Below are positions 16,972 to 21,778 of a stretch of 21,778 nt of DNA, piece by piece. The notes beneath the pieces were generated by a model. That model had not been told where the DNA came from, searched no databases, and saw only the letters and a list, made by a program, of their open reading frames with translations. The position numbers and the translations under genes were made by a program. How positions within the stretch are numbered: position 1 is the first letter of the stretch; each line of letters begins with the position of its first letter. Source of the DNA: Gemmatimonadota bacterium (GTDB lineage: Bacteria; Gemmatimonadota; Gemmatimonadetes; Gemmatimonadales; Gemmatimonadaceae); assembly GCA_031372565.1 (NCBI GenBank), contig JANMLN010000086.1, positions 1 through 21,778 on the forward strand, in the 5' to 3' direction.

Positions 16972-17733
16972 ATGAGCGCCCCCGTCACCCTGTCCGGCTA
17001 CCGCGGTATTCGCGGCGAGATCCTGATTGCGCTCAAGAAGGCGCAGCCGCTGACGGCGCGCGAACTGGGTGAGCGGTTTGACCTGACCGCGAACGCGCTG
17101 CGCCGGCATCTCGACCAGCTCGAAGCGGACGGCGTGGTGCGGCACGAGGCGCAGGTGCGCGGCGTCGGGGCGCCGGTGTTCGCGTACTCGCTTGCGGCCG
17201 AGGGCGAGTCGCTCTTTCCGTCGGCGTATGTGGCGGCGCTGGTGGAGGCGCTGGAGACCGTGCGCCAGCACGCGGGCACTGCCGGCGTGGTGGAGCTGTT
17301 CAAGCGTCGTTGGGATGCGCTGGCCGACACGGCGCGCCCGGAGCTGGAGCGCCTGGCGCTCCCGGAGCGGACGAAGCTGCTGGCGAGCTTGTTGTCGGAG
17401 CAGGGTTACATGGCGGAATCGGTCGCGCATAACGCCAATAGTGCGACACTAACAGAACACAATTGCGCCATTCGCGCAGTTGCGGAGCGGTTCCCCGAGA
17501 TCTGTGAAGCGGAAACCGACTTTCTCGAGCTCATGCTCGGCGGTCGGGTTGAACGACAGGCGCACATCCTCAAGGGGTGCAATGCCTGCGAGTACACCAT
17601 CACCACCGATGTCGTTCTGAACGATCCCGTCGTGCTGTGCGAAGCGGAGGTCCTGCTTGTGCCGCTGCTCAAGCGCGACAAGCAGATCCTTCGCTTCGCT
17701 CAGGATGACACTTCTCCCATGAGCACCACATGA
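16972..17733 (+). CDS. sufR: SufR-like HTH transcriptional regulator of Fe-S assembly
   Basis: N-terminal HTH ([25 protein letters not shown]), C-terminal Cys pattern HNCAI...EICEAE...GCNACEY; ATGA overlap with sufB. Confidence 0.82.
   Translation: MSAPVTLSGYRGIRGEILIALKKAQPLTARELGERFDLTANALRRHLDQLEADGVVRHEAQVRGVGAPVFAYSLAAEGESLFPSAYVAALVEALETVRQHAGTAGVVELFKRRWDALADTARPELERLALPERTKLLASLLSEQGYMAESVAHNANSATLTEHNCAIRAVAERFPEICEAETDFLELMLGGRVERQAHILKGCNACEYTITTDVVLNDPVVLCEAEVLLVPLLKRDKQILRFAQDDTSPMSTT
17629..17709. repeat. REPIN-like inverted repeat (family A) inside the sufR 3' end
   Basis: Left arm 17629-17660 GTCGTGCTGTGCGAAGCGGAGGTCCTGCTTGT versus the reverse complement of the right arm 17678-17709 GTCATCCTGAGCGAAGCGAAGGATCTGCTTGT: 26/32 identical, 17-nt spacer. 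Confidence 0.82.
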
Positions 17734-19163
17734 GCACCGAAATCGAAGCACTCGTCAACCGCGAGTACCAGTACGGCTTCGTCACCGACATCGCCACCGA
17801 CACCGTGGCGCCCGGCCTGAGCGAGGACGTCGTCGCGCTCATCTCGTCCAAGAAGAACGAGCCGCAGTGGCTCCTCGACTGGCGCCTCAAGGCGTACCGC
17901 CGCTGGCTCACGATGAAGGAGCCGCACTGGCCCAACGTCACCTACCCGCCCATCGACTACCAGGGCACCAGCTACTACTCGGCGCCCAAGAGCGTGAAGC
18001 CGCTCCAGTCGCTGGATGAGGTGGACCCGGAGCTGCTCAAGACCTACGCCAAGCTCGGCATTCCGCTCCTCGAGCAGAAGATGCTGAGCGGCGTGGCCGT
18101 GGACGCGATCTTCGATTCGGTGAGCGTCGGCACCACGATGAAGGAGGAGCTCCGCAAGCACGGCGTGATCTTCTGCTCCTTCACCGAGGCGGTGCACGAA
18201 TTCCCCGAACTGATCCAGAAGTACCTGGGCTCGGTCGTGCCCTACTCCGACAACTTCTTTGCCGCGCTCAACTCCGCCGTCTTCAGCGACGGCTCCTTCT
18301 GCTACGTGCCGAAGGGAGTCCGCTGCCCGATGGAGCTCAGCACGTACTTCCGCATCAACGCCGCCGAGACGGGGCAGTTCGAGCGCACCCTGCTCGTGGC
18401 CGATGAAGGATCGTACGTGAGCTACCTCGAAGGGTGCACCGCCCCCAAGCGCTCGACCAACCAGCTGCATGCGGCCGTGGTGGAGCTCGTCGCGCTCGAC
18501 GGCGCGACCATCAAGTACTCGACCGTGCAGAACTGGTACGCGGGCGACAAGGACGGCGTCGGCGGCATCTACAACTTCGTCACCAAGCGCGGCAAGGCGA
18601 TGAAGGGGTCGAAGATCTCGTGGACACAGGTCGAGACCGGGTCGGCCATCACCTGGAAGTACCCGAGCGTGATCCTGCAGGGCGACGACTCCACCGGCGA
18701 GTTCTACTCGGTGGCTGTCGTCAACAACAAGCAGCAGGCCGACACGGGCACCAAGATGATCCACGTCGGCAAGAACACGAAGTCGACGATCGTCTCCAAG
18801 GGGATCAGCGCCGGCCAGGGACAGAACTCGTACCGCGGCAAGGTGCACATCCTCCCCAAGGCGAGTGGTGCGCGCAACTACACGCAGTGCGACTCGATGC
18901 TCGTCGGCAACGCCTGCGGCGCACACACCTTCCCGTACATCGAAGTCGAGAACAAGACCGCGACGCTCGAACACGAGGCCAGCACCTCGAAGATCGGCGA
19001 AGACCAGATCTTCTACCTCAAGCAGCGCGGACTCTCGGCCGAACAGGCCGTGAGCATGATCGTGTCCGGGTTCTGTCGCGAAGTGTTCAAGGAACTGCCC
19101 ATGGAGTTCGCGCTGGAGGCCCAGCAGTTGCTCGGCATCACGCTCGAGGGGTCCGTGGGGTAG
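17730..19163 (+). CDS. sufB: Fe-S cluster assembly protein SufB
   Basis: [74 protein letters not shown]. Confidence 0.98.
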   Translation: MSTEIEALVNREYQYGFVTDIATDTVAPGLSEDVVALISSKKNEPQWLLDWRLKAYRRWLTMKEPHWPNVTYPPIDYQGTSYYSAPKSVKPLQSLDEVDPELLKTYAKLGIPLLEQKMLSGVAVDAIFDSVSVGTTMKEELRKHGVIFCSFTEAVHEFPELIQKYLGSVVPYSDNFFAALNSAVFSDGSFCYVPKGVRCPMELSTYFRINAAETGQFERTLLVADEGSYVSYLEGCTAPKRSTNQLHAAVVELVALDGATIKYSTVQNWYAGDKDGVGGIYNFVTKRGKAMKGSKISWTQVETGSAITWKYPSVILQGDDSTGEFYSVAVVNNKQQADTGTKMIHVGKNTKSTIVSKGISAGQGQNSYRGKVHILPKASGARNYTQCDSMLVGNACGAHTFPYIEVENKTATLEHEASTSKIGEDQIFYLKQRGLSAEQAVSMIVSGFCREVFKELPMEFALEAQQLLGITLEGSVG

Positions 19164-19187
19164 GAGGGGAACGGAGGGCACGGAGCG

Positions 19188-19418
19188 TTGCGGGGGGCGG
19201 AGACACAGAACACACAGAGCTGCACAGAGGGTGCGCCGCGCGTGTGAGGTTCCGCCCCACCCCAACCCGCAGCTGTTCCCAGTAAGTGAAGGCCGCTCCT
19301 TTCTTTTGTTTTGTCCGATGCACGCCCTTGCCGTTGCCGTTGCCCTTGCCGTTGCCGTTCCGATAACCCCCAGCAGTTCTCTGTGAACCTCTACGTGCTC
19401 GGTGTCTCCCCCCCCGCA
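19188..19418. repeat. REPIN/MITE-like element (family B) with ~40-bp imperfect inverted arms and an internal hexamer array
   Basis: Left arm 19188-19229 TTGCGGGGGGCGGAGACACAGAACACACAGAGCTGCACAGAG; right arm 19379-19418 reverse complement TGCGGGGGGGGAGACACCGAGCACGTAGAGGTTCACAGAG; (GCCSTT)x6 at 19324-19359. Confidence 0.78.
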
Positions 19419-19459
19419 CCTCTCCAGTACTTCTCGCTCTTCATCTCCGTAACCACCCC

Positions 19460-20226
<767 letters not shown>

Positions 20227-20230
<4 letters not shown>

Positions 20231-21537
20231 GCACCACCTTGGCTCCCGACTTCACGATGCAGACCGACGAGGCCGTCCGCACCGGCCCCGAGTGGCTGAT
20301 CAAGACGCGCCGCGCGGCCATGGCCGAGTTCACGCGTCTGGGCTGGCCCACCCGTCGCATCGAGGACTGGCACTACACCAACCCGTCGGCGATCGCCGAG
20401 GGCGGCTTCCAGCTGGTGCCCGCGTCCGTGGCATCACACGTGACCGCGGCGGATGTCGCGCGCTACACCTTCGCGCAGGACGGGTGGCCGCTGCTCGTCT
20501 TCGTGAACGGGCGCTTCGATGCATCGCTCTCGAAGATGGCCGACCTGGGCGCCGGCGTCCGTGTGCAGACACTCGGCAACGCCCTGCGCGAAGACCGTGA
20601 CTTCCTCGAGCCCAGGCTCGCCAAGGTCGCGCGTTTCGACGAGCATGCCTTCACCGCGCTCAACACCGCGTTCATGACCGAAGGCGCGGTCATCCATGTG
20701 GCGAAGGACACGGAGGTCGCGCTCCCGATTCACCTCCTGTTCATCGCGGACAGCGGCGCCGAGGGTGGCATCGTGCATCCGCGCGTGATCATCGCCGCCG
20801 AGCGTGCGTCGAAGGTGACCGTGCTGGAGAGCTGGGTGTCGATCGGCAATCCGCGCTACGTGTCGAACGTGGTGACGGAAGTGGATGTCGCCGAGGGCGC
20901 GACCGTGACGCACCTGAAGGTGCAGCGCGAGTCGACCGAGGCGTTTCACGTCGGCACCGTGCAGGTGAACCAGGCGAAGGATTCACACTTCGTGCAGTTC
21001 ACGTACCAGGCGGGCGCCAAGCTGATGCGATCGAACGTGTACACGCACCTGAACGGCCCGGGCTGCGGCTCGACGCTCAACGGGCTCGTGCTCGCCGATG
21101 CACAGCAGCACCTGGACACGCAGACGCGCATCGAGCACATCGCCCCCAATTGTTATTCGCGCGAGCTGTACAAGGGGGTGCTCGACGGCGAGGGGCACGG
21201 CGTGTTCAACGGCAAGGTGTATGTACACCCCGAGGCGCAGAAGACGGACGGCAAGCAGGAGAACCACACGCTGCTGCTGTCGGATGATGCGACGATCGAC
21301 ACCAAGCCGCAGCTCGAGATCTTTGCCGACGACGTGCGGTGTACGCACGGCGCGACGGTGGGGCGGATCGACGCGATGGCGGAGTTCTACATGGTGTCGC
21401 GCGGGATTTCCGCTGCGCATGCGCGGCAGTTGCTGGTGTATGCGTTCGCGGCGGATGTGCTCGAAACCATCGAGTGCGGGCCGGTGCGTGAGTCGCTGGA
21501 GGCGCTGGTGTTGGAGAGGTTTACGGGGGAGGGGTGA
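20227..21537 (+). CDS. sufD: Fe-S cluster assembly protein SufD
   Basis: PTRRIEDWHYT, LVFVNG, ALNTAF, GVFNGKVYV..AQKTD, TKPQLEIFADDVRCTHGATVG; GTGA coupling to sufC. Confidence 0.97.
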
Positions 21538-21553
21538 GGAGGACCGTTGCGGA

Positions 21554-21715
21554 GTGCGGGGGTGGGAGACACAGAGCACACCGAGGTTCACAGAGGAAAA
21601 GCAAGAAGCAGGGGAACGGCAACAGCACAAGCAGAAGCTCTGGCCGGCCGTTTGACTCGTTCATGACGATGGGAGGCTCGCGCTGCCGTTTTCGTTCTCT
21701 GTGAACCTCTGTGTG
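21554..21715. repeat. Second copy of the family B REPIN/MITE-like element, right arm truncated at the sequence end
   Basis: Left arm 21554-21595 GTGCGGGGGTGGGAGACACAGAGCACACCGAGGTTCACAGAG; right arm 21697-21715 CTCTGTGAACCTCTGTGTG is complementary to it at 18/19 positions. Confidence 0.75.
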
Positions 21716-21721
21716 GGCGGT

Positions 21722-21778
<57 letters not shown>

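Overview
GC-rich bacterial DNA, probably a whole metagenomic contig (AT-rich foreign-looking first ~130 nt, poly-G tail). Gene content is compatible with Gemmatimonadota, but this is inference. Left half (161-11194): a cluster of a Na+/solute symporter, ArsR-family regulator, TonB-dependent receptor, CDP-alcohol phosphatidyltransferase, a PrdB/GrdB-like SELENOPROTEIN that the ORF track splits at an in-frame TGA (U-P-T-C motif plus a SECIS-like hairpin), a radical SAM enzyme, a DUF547 exported protein, a MerA/LpdA-like flavin disulfide reductase and a TVP38/DedA membrane protein. This looks like a coherent but uncharacterised uptake, redox and lipid-linked system, possibly for an organo-metalloid (As/Se) compound. 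Middle: orphan NarL-type response regulator, DUF4126 protein, secreted hypothetical protein, orphan PaoB/XdhB-type FAD subunit plus MocA-like nucleotidyltransferase, FHA protein and NadR-like ATPase. Right: sufR-like regulator, sufB, sufC, sufD. Two families of REP/REPIN-like inverted repeats are present; one lies within the 3' ends of two coding sequences.
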